From the UHGV virus genome UHGV-0127437: a stretch of 51,462 bases of DNA. One strand, given 5' to 3'. This document shows, one piece after another, positions 30,435-39,047 of this stretch. The position numbers were made by a program, and so were the translations under genes. Source of the stretch: a virus. Position 1 is the stretch's first letter. Each line of letters begins with the position of its first letter. Below the pieces are notes generated by a model. The model was not told where the DNA came from and did not search any database. It saw only the letters and a list, made by a program, of their open reading frames with translations.

Positions 30435-30821
30435 TCACTTGTCCACCCTCTCGTTTTGCCATAGCGGCAACATCCCTTTATGTCCTGCTCGCCTGATCCT
30501 TGATTTAGCATTACGCTCAATCTGGATCAGCTTTTCGATGTTCTGTCGGCGCTGCTTTTCTTCCCGACGCAGATATTTCACATTCTCGACATATCTGTTT
30601 TCGGTATCACATAGGTGCAGGATGTAGTTGAAAGGGTCCACCAGCGCATCGCAGCGACGACAGCGCAATGTTCGCTCCTTTTCATCCACCCAGACGGAAT
30701 CGTGATGACAATAAATTTTGCCGCCTTCTTCCCGTCGCATCGCCAGTTCGTCGCGCAGATCCTCTTTCCTCTCGGGGAACGCAACGACATTGCTCAGTTC
30801 TTTTTCCGTTTCGGTTGTCAT
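30435..30821 (-). CDS. Hypothetical Cys-rich (zinc-binding-like) protein
   Basis: ATG at 30821 overlapping rusA stop with GGAGGG RBS; C-x-H...CRRC arrangement. Confidence 0.45.
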   Translation of the reverse strand: MTTETEKELSNVVAFPERKEDLRDELAMRREEGGKIYCHHDSVWVDEKERTLRCRRCDALVDPFNYILHLCDTENRYVENVKYLRREEKQRRQNIEKLIQIERNAKSRIRRAGHKGMLPLWQNERVDK

Positions 30822-31174
30822 ACGCCCTCCTCGATGATGATCTGACCTTTCTCGCCCCATAGCTTCGTGATGCGACAATCCCAGACGCTGGAATCATCAT
30901 CAAACAGGGCATCCATCAGTGCTTTAAGCATGTTGTCGCAGTCTGGTTTTGACTGGTGCGGCTTGCCGTTGAACTGCTCTCGCTTCTTTTTGCTCCAACT
31001 CGCTGGCATCGGCATAACGAACGTGACGTGGGCGCCGGACTCCGGCAGATGAATTTTGCGCAGGCGTGCTTCATCGCAGAATGCCCGGTAACGCATGACC
31101 GCTGGTCGAGTTTTCCATTTGTCGGCCCGGGTCATTCTGGGCTTGCCGATCGGCGTGATGTCGTAAATTTTCAT
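30818..31174 (-). CDS. rusA: RusA-family Holliday junction resolvase
   Basis: 118-aa ORF MKIYDITPIGKPRMTRADKW...DCDNMLKALMDAL, typical RusA endodeoxyribonuclease signature and nin-region position. Confidence 0.8.
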   Translation of the reverse strand: MKIYDITPIGKPRMTRADKWKTRPAVMRYRAFCDEARLRKIHLPESGAHVTFVMPMPASWSKKKREQFNGKPHQSKPDCDNMLKALMDALFDDDSSVWDCRITKLWGEKGQIIIEEGV

Positions 31175-31452
31175 ACAGGCACCACCAGCCCACGGCGGAC
31201 TATCTCAATGACAGTAAGCACGATAGCGCGGTCCATTAACTGCCGACGCTCATCGCGAGAGAGGTTTTTTCCGTTGTCTATTTCTGTATGGCAGTGCACA
31301 CAAATTGCAGCAGTTGCACAGTCATCTGCTTTCAACCCCATGCCCTTGCCTTCGTTTCGGTGAGCAACTTGCGTCCCCCACTCCCCACACAGGACACAGC
31401 GCTCAATCTGACCAACGGCAGCGAGCCATTTCCTATTTCGATAAATAGCCAT
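31171..31452 (-). CDS. Hypothetical nin-region protein with Cys/His cluster
   Basis: ATG at 31452 with GGGGGTGA RBS; CVLCGEW...CVHCH motif. Confidence 0.5.
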   Translation of the reverse strand: MAIYRNRKWLAAVGQIERCVLCGEWGTQVAHRNEGKGMGLKADDCATAAICVHCHTEIDNGKNLSRDERRQLMDRAIVLTVIEIVRRGLVVPV

Positions 31453-31454
31453 GC

Positions 31455-31661
31455 TCACCCCCAGCCTTTTTGTCGGAAGGTTCTCGGCGTCCGCGCCGGA
31501 CGTTCGCACTCTTGTAATTTCGCGCTGACTGTCCAGGTCAGGAAATCAGGATTGAGGCTCTTTTTGGCTCTGACGCCGCGAGACTGATAATCGGCAATCA
31601 GGCGCTCTGCCTGCTCGGTGGTGCATTCCGTGTGGTGAAAATATGAATACTTCATCGCCAT
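31455..31661 (-). CDS. Hypothetical small nin-region protein
   Basis: ATG at 31661 overlapping upstream stop (ATGA); track start further upstream would overlap neighbouring gene. Confidence 0.4.
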   Translation of the reverse strand: MAMKYSYFHHTECTTEQAERLIADYQSRGVRAKKSLNPDFLTWTVSAKLQECERPARTPRTFRQKGWG

Positions 31662-32260
31662 CACCCCGCAAAGCTCATAAGCTGGGCGGCGGCGTTCTCG
31701 GCCTCTTCCCTGCTGTTGAAGGTACGGGACAAGATCCAGCGCCACAGGACATCGAGTGCGGCCTTATACAGGTGCTGGAATTCGGTTTCGTCCATACTGG
31801 CGAACGCGATGCTGCGAGGGTGTTTGCGGAGCGTGCCATCTGGTAACTGTATGGCGTCAAAGTGACCGGCCTCGACAGTTACCCAGGCGCGGTAAGCGTC
31901 AAAGGATTTGCACAGGCTTATGCCGTTCGTGATACGGCGACTGGCGATCTGCTCCAGATACTGCTCGGCAGCGTCCAGCAGAGCGCTTTCATTGCCGCCG
32001 TATGAGGCAAGGAATCTGGCATAACCGTTAACGAGTTTGCGTTCATTCGAAGAAATAGCGCCGCCGGTTGGTTCCCAGTATTCGAACCCGAGATTCAGGA
32101 GCGCAAAGAAACGGCGATGAAACGCAGGATTGCGTACAAGTTTAAAGTCGGCAACCAGAACGGAGCCGAGCTTGCATTTTGATTGCAGAAAATCACTGGT
32201 CTCCGGCGTCGCGGGGATCAGGATTCCTGTTGACTGCTTAATGAGTTGTAATTGCGCCAT
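31661..32260 (-). CDS. Hypothetical nin-region protein
   Basis: 199-aa ORF, ATG start. Confidence 0.5.
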   Translation of the reverse strand: MAQLQLIKQSTGILIPATPETSDFLQSKCKLGSVLVADFKLVRNPAFHRRFFALLNLGFEYWEPTGGAISSNERKLVNGYARFLASYGGNESALLDAAEQYLEQIASRRITNGISLCKSFDAYRAWVTVEAGHFDAIQLPDGTLRKHPRSIAFASMDETEFQHLYKAALDVLWRWILSRTFNSREEAENAAAQLMSFAG

Positions 32261-32297
32261 GGTTGTTCACTCCGTGGCGCAGCAGGTTAACGGCTGT

Positions 32298-32546
32298 TCA
32301 GACCGTTGATTTCATATTATCAGAAGGTGGCGTTACCCGGTAGCCGAGACGGCGAATAAATTGCATAAAGCCATTGGGAGTAAAGACTTCTTCATCATCC
32401 AGCAAAGGCCGCATAGAAACCATGCCATTGACGCGATAGATAAGATGCCTGCCCGACGAAGGAAAGCTAAACACCACGCAGCCGTCAGACCGTCTTACAA
32501 TGTCATACCAGTTATCTTCTGACGTTTGCAAAGCTGAATTACTCAC
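32298..32546 (-). CDS. Small protein downstream of dinI-like gene (candidate antirepressor)
   Basis: 82-aa ORF, GTG start with AAGGGAG RBS; same strand and 117 bp downstream of LexA-controlled dinI-like gene. Confidence 0.4.
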   Translation of the reverse strand: MSNSALQTSEDNWYDIVRRSDGCVVFSFPSSGRHLIYRVNGMVSMRPLLDDEEVFTPNGFMQFIRRLGYRVTPPSDNMKSTV

Positions 32547-32663
32547 ATTCTGTTCTCCCTTCGAGCGACATACAGACGCGGTTAAAAATTGTCGGCAGCA
32601 GCATCAAAGGGATACGCAAATTGCGGTATTCTGAAAAAATGCGCGCCAGCCCCAAGCGCAATG

Positions 32664-32897
32664 TTAGTAAAACCAGTCGTCGGCGCTTTCCCAGGTCTCC
32701 TGAAGAATCTCCTCAATGCGCTGCTTGTCCCCTTTTTCACCCCCCAGAATACTCAGGCCATCAGCCCCGGCGCGGCGAATTGTAAGTTTGACCCCTTCAT
32801 AGTTCTGGCTGAGCCTGCGTAACAGTTCGGCTTCTAATGCTGGCACTGCGCCATCAGGAAGTTTCTTTGTTCGATCAATAGTTAACTCAACTTTCAT
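32664..32897 (-). CDS. dinI: DinI-family protein (SOS-regulated RecA modulator homolog)
   Basis: ORF from ATG at 32897 (MKVELTIDRTKKLPDGAVPALEAELLRRL...KQRIEEILQETWESADDWFY), C-terminal DinI signature; GGAGG RBS; LexA box immediately upstream. Confidence 0.8.
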   Translation of the reverse strand: MKVELTIDRTKKLPDGAVPALEAELLRRLSQNYEGVKLTIRRAGADGLSILGGEKGDKQRIEEILQETWESADDWFY

Positions 32898-32915
32898 AGT
32901 GGCCTCCATTGCGTA

Positions 32916-32935
32916 TACTGTATTTTTATACAGTA
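32916..32935 (-). promoter_or_regulatory. LexA box upstream of prophage dinI-like gene
   Basis: tactgtatttttatacagta, perfect CTGT-N8-ACAG SOS box. Confidence 0.8.
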
Positions 32936-33004
32936 TACCTATAAAACGAAATGATCAACGTTTTAAGAGCACGAATTGTTAACCCATAGACACAAATTTC
33001 AGGC

Positions 33005-33030
33005 GTAAAAAAACCCGCCGAAGCGGGTTT
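33005..33030 (-). terminator. Rho-independent terminator
   Basis: Stem aaacccgc/gcgggttt with cgaa loop, U-run on minus strand; between upstream small ORFs and dinI promoter. Confidence 0.6.
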
Positions 33031-33173
33031 AATCATTAAGAGCATTTGCATCTGTGGCAGGTGAGGAGTTCATATTGTGCTCGCATTTAAGTCCCCTTAA
33101 ATGCGCAGAAGCCGCAATCGGGTGTTCAGTCCGACTGCGATTTAATTATTGCTGGTTGATTATTAAAAATCGA

Positions 33174-33437
33174 TCAACACTGATATGGAGGAATTTGGTA
33201 CCTTGCGATCGCGTCTTGAGGATTTTCAGGGAAAACACCATCTCGAGTTGCGATTAAGTATGTTGCCCCACCAAAAAAATGTCTAACAACAAAATAATCT
33301 TTCATAATCGGCGTTTGTGTCTGGTCTGAAGCAAGAGGCTCAGTTGGCAACTGAATTATGGACTCTCCGTTATAGTTCTCAAGTGTTGCAATCTTATATT
33401 TACGGACTTTATCGCAAGCTAAAAAATGAGTGCTCAC
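33174..33437 (-). CDS. Hypothetical protein
   Basis: 87-aa ORF, GTG start preceded by GGAGGAGGAG; coupled to upstream small ORF. Confidence 0.35.
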   Translation of the reverse strand: MSTHFLACDKVRKYKIATLENYNGESIIQLPTEPLASDQTQTPIMKDYFVVRHFFGGATYLIATRDGVFPENPQDAIARYQIPPYQC

Positions 33438-33664
33438 TTCTCCTCCTCCTGTTTTAAGTATACCGAATCGCTACCTTGAAGTAAGGTTATCGGTTGCTCG
33501 GAGGAAATCTTTACCCTCCACTGGGTAATTTCGAAAATGCTCTTGCTTCTTAGTGATGACAAACATGCTCTTGCAACCGTTTTACGTGATACTTGGACGG
33601 CAAGGCCAGTGTTAACCTTGCCTCGCTCATTCTGTGACTTTGCCGCACTGTTAAAATCACTCAT
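33434..33664 (-). CDS. Hypothetical protein
   Basis: 76-aa ORF, ATG start with GAGG RBS; stop overlaps start of next ORF. Confidence 0.35.
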   Translation of the reverse strand: MSDFNSAAKSQNERGKVNTGLAVQVSRKTVARACLSSLRSKSIFEITQWRVKISSEQPITLLQGSDSVYLKQEEEK

Positions 33665-33826
33665 TGGCTACCTCGCAATCGTTCAGTATACGTCCCAATA
33701 CAACCCTAGGTGTTTGTTTTGTCTAGAAACGAAACCCGTAGTAAACTTTATTAAGTTGCAAACAAAATTCACCGCCTTAATCTAAAAACTTAAAACCAAT
33801 TTAATTACAAAGGTTCATTACAGTAA

Positions 33827-34393
33827 CTATATGCTCAAGATAATAATATCACGCCCCAATAACACACTTACAATTGCGGGCCAATGACTAAAAATGAATA
33901 CAACCAAAGAGATGAGACATATTACAAAGATAATAATGCATAACCACTTCATTGAAAGGTATAATAACTCACCTCTTTTCACTCGCTTCCACTCTTTTTT
34001 TAATACATTATGGCTTGCCATGGTGAAATCATCGATATCTTCTTTTAAATCTGAAGAAGGTGTTCCAGAAGATACTTTAACATTAAGTAATTTAATGGCA
34101 TCTCTTAGAACAGTTTCTTCTCTTGAAGGTTTACTATGATTGAGCCTGAGATAAATTTCTGATTGAACTACTGTGATCCCTTTGTATGCAGATTTTCGTT
34201 CTTCATCTGAAACTTCCGAGTCTCTTCTCAATACATCATAAAATCCAAGCAGGTTTGAAAGAGCTTGCCTTAATTCAGAGATCCATGCCTGACGGAACTC
34301 AGATGTTTTTAGTTCCTTAGTAATAACAAGACTAATCATCGCGCCAATTGCGGCTAAAAATGCTATAATTACAGCAATGACAGGTTCATTCAC
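33827..34393 (-). CDS. Hypothetical membrane protein (N- and C-terminal TM helices), low-GC cargo
   Basis: 188-aa AT-rich ORF; hydrophobic termini flanking a charged central domain. Confidence 0.5.
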   Translation of the reverse strand: MNEPVIAVIIAFLAAIGAMISLVITKELKTSEFRQAWISELRQALSNLLGFYDVLRRDSEVSDEERKSAYKGITVVQSEIYLRLNHSKPSREETVLRDAIKLLNVKVSSGTPSSDLKEDIDDFTMASHNVLKKEWKRVKRGELLYLSMKWLCIIIFVICLISLVVFIFSHWPAIVSVLLGRDIIILSI

Positions 34394-34554
34394 TTTTCTT
34401 ACCCCTAAAATAATTAGCCTAAAAGCTCCTGAAATCAGAATATCTAATCTTACTGGATATAAATTTAAAGATAGACTTTAAAGCCAAACCTAGTATGTTA
34501 GAATAACCTTTTAACAAGAAGTTTGTCGACATTTTAACGTAACCGAGAAGTAAA

Positions 34555-35136
34555 ATGAACGCTAACTCACAGCCAACGCCAGATCAAGAAATCAAGATCG
34601 AGGTCATCCGCTGGCATCAAAAACTCCAGGAAATCACCTACATCGAAGCTGGTCAACACATGCGTGCTTTGAACCAACTGATGTGGCAGATTCCAAGTCT
34701 GGTAATCGCCATTAATGGTGGGCTCTGGTATGCTGCTACACTAGTTAATGAAGCCTCACTTTGGATGATTTTTGCTTTTTTAACAGTTTTCGACCTGCTC
34801 ACTATTTGCACGCTTTTTCGACTTAGGGTTCTGATAGGAAAAAAAATAACCAAACAAAATGATATTGAAGAACTATCGAAAAATAGCATACTTCAAGACC
34901 TTAGTAATAAATCCGGCATAATAATCTCACCTACCCCAGCTCCTAAAAAAGAGAGCAAGTTCATTGTAGTTGGATGCTGGACCATATGCTTATTGCTCTG
35001 CGCTATTATTAATTTTCATGGCTCATTTAATCCGTCGATATTTTCAAAACCTAGCGAAAACAATAAGTCCGAACAAAACACAACTCACCTCATCTGTGTT
35101 TCTAAGACAGCACCCACAAATGGAGAAATAAAATGA
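34555..35136 (+). CDS. Hypothetical polytopic membrane protein, low-GC cargo
   Basis: 193-aa ORF, ATG start; at least three hydrophobic helices; stop overlaps downstream methyltransferase start. Confidence 0.5.
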   Translation: MNANSQPTPDQEIKIEVIRWHQKLQEITYIEAGQHMRALNQLMWQIPSLVIAINGGLWYAATLVNEASLWMIFAFLTVFDLLTICTLFRLRVLIGKKITKQNDIEELSKNSILQDLSNKSGIIISPTPAPKKESKFIVVGCWTICLLLCAIINFHGSFNPSIFSKPSENNKSEQNTTHLICVSKTAPTNGEIK

Positions 35137-35738
35137 CCACATGGAAATTTTATGATGACAATGCCTTACGTTTATTTAATGACTATCAATCCCTAAATTT
35201 TAAAGATATATTTTCTGACGTTGAATCCTACTTCCTTGCTTCCCGCGGAGATGCTCTGGACGTAGGTGCTGGTTCTGGAAGGGATTCTGCTGCTTTATTT
35301 AAAATGGGCTACAATGTAACAGCTGTAGAGCCAAGCGATAACATGCGAAATCTTGCGGCCGAAAATCATAAGCACTGTGATATTACTTGGGTCAATGATT
35401 CATTGCCTGAACTAAGAAAGATCACTCAATCACTAAAGACCTTTGACCTTATAATTGTTAGTGCAGTCTGGATGCACCTAAATGAAAACCAGCAGGAGAG
35501 GTCGTTATTTACTCTATTCAATCTTCTATCCGCCAATGGAGTTATGATCATTACATTGCGATTAGGGCCAGCCGAACCCGATAGACAAATCAGTGTGATT
35601 TACACAGAAGATTTAATTGCTCTTTCAAAAAAATTAGGGCTAACGGTTGAATATATTAGCCCTGTCAATACGGATAGTTTTAATAGACCATCCGTTACTT
35701 GGCAAAAAGTGGTTTTATCTAAAAAAACCACTTCATAG
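35133..35738 (+). CDS. Class I SAM-dependent methyltransferase (substrate unknown)
   Basis: 201-aa ORF with motif I DVGAGSGRDSAAL and downstream acidic/hydrophobic motifs of Rossmann-fold MTases; no DPPY/NPPY DNA-MTase motif seen. Confidence 0.65.
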   Translation: MTTWKFYDDNALRLFNDYQSLNFKDIFSDVESYFLASRGDALDVGAGSGRDSAALFKMGYNVTAVEPSDNMRNLAAENHKHCDITWVNDSLPELRKITQSLKTFDLIIVSAVWMHLNENQQERSLFTLFNLLSANGVMIITLRLGPAEPDRQISVIYTEDLIALSKKLGLTVEYISPVNTDSFNRPSVTWQKVVLSKKTTS

Positions 35739-35744
35739 ATGCCA

Positions 35745-36989
35745 TTACTCACAAAGCCCATAACGTGATGAACAGACCTCGGTATTCAGGCTTGATTTGA
35801 CCAAGTCGTAGACTTTCCCCCCGCGACCTGTTTTGGCCCACTCCACAACTTCATCAACACTTGGCGAGTTCAGGTTTGCGCGAGGTCCATAGAACCCAGA
35901 CCAATCAATATGCTGCACCTCAGGTTCTAACCCATAGAGCTGCACATTTCTACCAAGGGGCAGGTCAAACGACTTCATCCAGCGCTGGTTTATCTCGCCA
36001 ACACTCATCCAGTGAACCCAGCGAGACGTTAGACGAACCTTCAGCTCCCACTCTTTGTGCTTCTCAATATGCTCCGGCCAGCGCGAAAATGTCTCAGCAA
36101 TTTCTTCTTTGTTACACAGCACGCAATTCATACAACCGACACGTGAGGCTCCCTGCGTGTAAAGCGGGTTTGGCGATATCCCGAAGTATTTGTGGAGCGC
36201 GAATACATCTGTGGCCGTCCACTGGTGAATGGGAAGGAAGTTATACAAAAAATCCGGGTCACGCTTGTCAGTGGAGAAGCGCTCATAGCTGGCTCTCTTT
36301 GATGACTCATCTGCCCGTACACCAGACCACTGGACGACCACGTCGCCATCATCCAGCATTGGTTGCAGAGCTTTATCAAAGGCGATCTGAATTTTGAGCT
36401 CATCGGTACAGAATCGGTCGCGAAGCATCGGAAATTTACCATGCAACAGTGCGCAGTCTAGAAAGCTATTTCCGCTTGGATGCATAACAGACAGAGCAGC
36501 ATCCAGCGCAGTTTCGAATTCAATTCCCCAACGCTCAGCAGTACGCAGCCAGGCCTGCCCAAACGCTGTATCGGAGCGGCCGAGTGAAGGCATAACAACA
36601 CCCCTATATGCCCCCATACGAATGGCCTGACGCTTAACCCAGTTCTTCTGGATGTATCCTCGGCGGCGTTCAAAATCAACCTCGGTATATATCCGCTTAA
36701 CAACCTGAACTGGCGCGCATCCAATCTGTTCATGGATAGTTTTTGCGAACTGTACGGTAAGCTCGTGTTCATTATCTGTATCAGCCATAACAGCCTGAAC
36801 TCTACCGCCAAACAATGCATGGGCAACTGCCAGAGTGGCCGTGCTGTCCTTTCCTGCTGAATAATTGACGACGATTTTGTGATCATCAGGGATGCGGAAT
36901 TCAGTGAGGTAGCGATTATAGGCCAATCCAATTTCGCGAATTTTTTCGCTGATGTCGGTCGGTGCAATAATCATTGCTGCGTTGCTCAT
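35745..36989 (-). CDS. Phosphoadenosine phosphosulfate (PAPS) reductase-family PP-loop protein (IbrA-like phage protein)
   Basis: 414-aa ORF with PP-loop motif NYSAGKDST and extended C-terminal domain; resembles phage/prophage PAPS reductase-like proteins as recalled. Confidence 0.7.
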   Translation of the reverse strand: MSNAAMIIAPTDISEKIREIGLAYNRYLTEFRIPDDHKIVVNYSAGKDSTATLAVAHALFGGRVQAVMADTDNEHELTVQFAKTIHEQIGCAPVQVVKRIYTEVDFERRRGYIQKNWVKRQAIRMGAYRGVVMPSLGRSDTAFGQAWLRTAERWGIEFETALDAALSVMHPSGNSFLDCALLHGKFPMLRDRFCTDELKIQIAFDKALQPMLDDGDVVVQWSGVRADESSKRASYERFSTDKRDPDFLYNFLPIHQWTATDVFALHKYFGISPNPLYTQGASRVGCMNCVLCNKEEIAETFSRWPEHIEKHKEWELKVRLTSRWVHWMSVGEINQRWMKSFDLPLGRNVQLYGLEPEVQHIDWSGFYGPRANLNSPSVDEVVEWAKTGRGGKVYDLVKSSLNTEVCSSRYGLCE

Positions 36990-37399
36990 AGCTTCACTCC
37001 ATGACGTAGTTGGGCGGTAAACTCTTTAGCCACCGTTGAATATGGATGTTCATGACAATCAAGGACTTTCAAACTGTCAGCAAACATCTCCACACCCTGA
37101 GCCCGAACTTCTGCCAGGTACGCGTCGGTTGCCGGGGTGATCATAGCTGCCACCGCGTCATCGATATGACAATCATCAATACCGCAAAAATTCGCCTCTT
37201 CACGGTTCGCGTTCAGGTGGCGAATGATCTTTTTGGCAGCCTTAAGCCCCGCATTCTCGGCAGCCAGCGCCGCGAGCTTGGCTTCCGATTCGGCAAGTTT
37301 CTTACGCAAACCAGTTTCACAGGTATGCGCGCCGCTGCGCCCCCTCTCAAAGGAGAATCCGCAGTCACAATAAAAAACGTTGTCTTTCTCGGTGATCAT
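36986..37399 (-). CDS. Hypothetical protein with coiled-coil (Ead/Ea22-like)
   Basis: 137-aa ORF, ATG start; LAESEAKLAALAAENAGLKAA coiled-coil and Cys/His-containing ends. Confidence 0.4.
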   Translation of the reverse strand: MITEKDNVFYCDCGFSFERGRSGAHTCETGLRKKLAESEAKLAALAAENAGLKAAKKIIRHLNANREEANFCGIDDCHIDDAVAAMITPATDAYLAEVRAQGVEMFADSLKVLDCHEHPYSTVAKEFTAQLRHGVKL

Positions 37400-37656
37400 G
37401 CAGCCGCCTTGTTGTGTGAAAAACGTTTCAGGTCAAAGTCGATAGTTGCCCGCAGGTCACGGAAGATTCCGCAGCGCCCGTGACGAACCAGGCCACCCTG
37501 CTCTACCGCTACGCGGAGATATTTCTCCGCTGTGGTCCGGTGCAGGCCGAACATCGCAACGACGTCATTCGTGGTGATGCGTCCCTGCTCCTTCACAAGT
37601 TCGATAATCCGGTTGATGATCAGGGTGCGTTCTTTGTCGGTTTTCTTTCTGGCCAT
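37396..37656 (-). CDS. Hypothetical small DNA-binding-like protein
   Basis: 86-aa ORF, ATG with GGGAGGG RBS; basic, helix-rich. Confidence 0.4.
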   Translation of the reverse strand: MARKKTDKERTLIINRIIELVKEQGRITTNDVVAMFGLHRTTAEKYLRVAVEQGGLVRHGRCGIFRDLRATIDFDLKRFSHNKAAA

Positions 37657-37659
37657 CGG

Positions 37660-38346
37660 TTATTCCCTCCCTGTCAGCTGCTGAACGAGATTTCTGTGGC
37701 GACCAATAACACGAACCGCGTCACGCAGTTTGGTCAGTTGCTCCAGCTTGTTTCTGGTGCGGCGGATTTCGCGAGAAATGTCCCGCACCGCTGGTACCGC
37801 TTCGACTGCGGCGCGCCCTTCAGTGAACGAGGGGATTTCACTCACGATCTGTTCGACCGGTTTTGCTTCTTCCGGCGCGGCAGGTGCCTCCGGTACCGGT
37901 TCTTGCTTAACGGGTTCTGTCACAACAGCAAGGGACCAGGTAACGCCTTTGCCCTTCCCGTTCTTCACCACAACGCCCTGGCGCTCCAGCGCGCGAAGAA
38001 CAGAGACCATTCCGCGGGCATTGCGATTGACGGCCGCGGCCAGCGAAACGGTCGTCATTGCCCCCTGCTCACGCAGCTGCTGTCGGACGACATCAGGATC
38101 TACGGGTTCCGGCTCCTCACCTTTCAGGCGCGGCGCCGGATGAACAGGTGCATTAGGCGTTGACTGCTGAGACTGACCTTTCACGGTACCGAGGAACCAG
38201 CCGCCGTCTCCAAAATCGCATAACCCCTGATCACGCTGCTCACGTAACATGGTGAGCGCATCAACCGGGTCGATTTCAAGACGGTCAGCAACTTCGCGGT
38301 ATGTCGCCCGCCCCATTTTTTCCAGTACCTGAATTACGGTTTCCAT
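37660..38346 (-). CDS. Hypothetical protein (winged-helix-like N-terminus, Pro/Glu-rich linker)
   Basis: ORF with ATG at 38346 and GAGG RBS (track start is TTG at 38361). Confidence 0.45.
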   Translation of the reverse strand: METVIQVLEKMGRATYREVADRLEIDPVDALTMLREQRDQGLCDFGDGGWFLGTVKGQSQQSTPNAPVHPAPRLKGEEPEPVDPDVVRQQLREQGAMTTVSLAAAVNRNARGMVSVLRALERQGVVVKNGKGKGVTWSLAVVTEPVKQEPVPEAPAAPEEAKPVEQIVSEIPSFTEGRAAVEAVPAVRDISREIRRTRNKLEQLTKLRDAVRVIGRHRNLVQQLTGRE

Positions 38347-38357
38347 GTGATTTCCTC

Positions 38358-39047
38358 TCAAATCAGTCCAGCGTCTTTTCGCTGTTTGTATTTCGCCATC
38401 AGCATCTGCGCCGGAGTCGGGCCTCGATCCTGATCTGGTGCGGTAAGTGCCCGACGTACTGGTGGAACTGGTTTCCCATCGAGAACACGCATTTCCCAGT
38501 CGTGGAGTAAATCGCCAGCAACGCGAACAAGCTCTTTCTCGCTGAGCTGGCCGTCAGTACCGCGTCTGCGCAGTTCAAGGCAAATGTGATAGAGCACGGG
38601 CTGGCTCCACGGGTATTGCTCACTGGTCGGGTAGCGAAAAACCAGCTTTCGCCAGCGCCAGTATTCGCTCATGATGTCGTCCACACTGACCCCCAGCGCG
38701 CCACTCCCCTCACGGCACCACGAAATAAACTGACCCGGCGACGGCCAGAACGGTGACTGACTGGATCGGGCTTTCTGCATTCCGGCTGAAAGCTGCTCAC
38801 GGGAGGTGATGCCTGACTCAGCAAAAGCGGCGATCCATTGCTGCTTTGCAACGCGAATATCATCGCCAGTACGTAGGTTCGTCTGAGTGGATGCCGGAAA
38901 TACCTGCATGAGATTTTCAAAAAGCATATCCACCAGCTTTTCAGCGTCACTGTTAACAACCTTACGGCCGTCGTAAGAATCTCCAGCCATGCGCGATAGC
39001 ATTTCGCTGTCGCGATTCTGAATTGCACGATAAAGATCCGGGGTCAT
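38358..39047 (-). CDS. Replication protein P-like helicase loader
   Basis: ORF with segment FPAS...SPFWPSPGQFISWCRE closely resembling lambda P (PFLPSPGQFVAWCRE) as recalled; ATG overlaps O stop (ATGA). Confidence 0.7.
   Translation of the reverse strand: MTPDLYRAIQNRDSEMLSRMAGDSYDGRKVVNSDAEKLVDMLFENLMQVFPASTQTNLRTGDDIRVAKQQWIAAFAESGITSREQLSAGMQKARSSQSPFWPSPGQFISWCREGSGALGVSVDDIMSEYWRWRKLVFRYPTSEQYPWSQPVLYHICLELRRRGTDGQLSEKELVRVAGDLLHDWEMRVLDGKPVPPVRRALTAPDQDRGPTPAQMLMAKYKQRKDAGLI

Noticed and set aside
30153-30627. ORFs 30153-30422 (minus) and 30235-30627 (plus) around the Q gene 5' region
   Set aside because: Overlap the Q-like gene or its upstream region in alternate frames, with no RBS and implausible composition.
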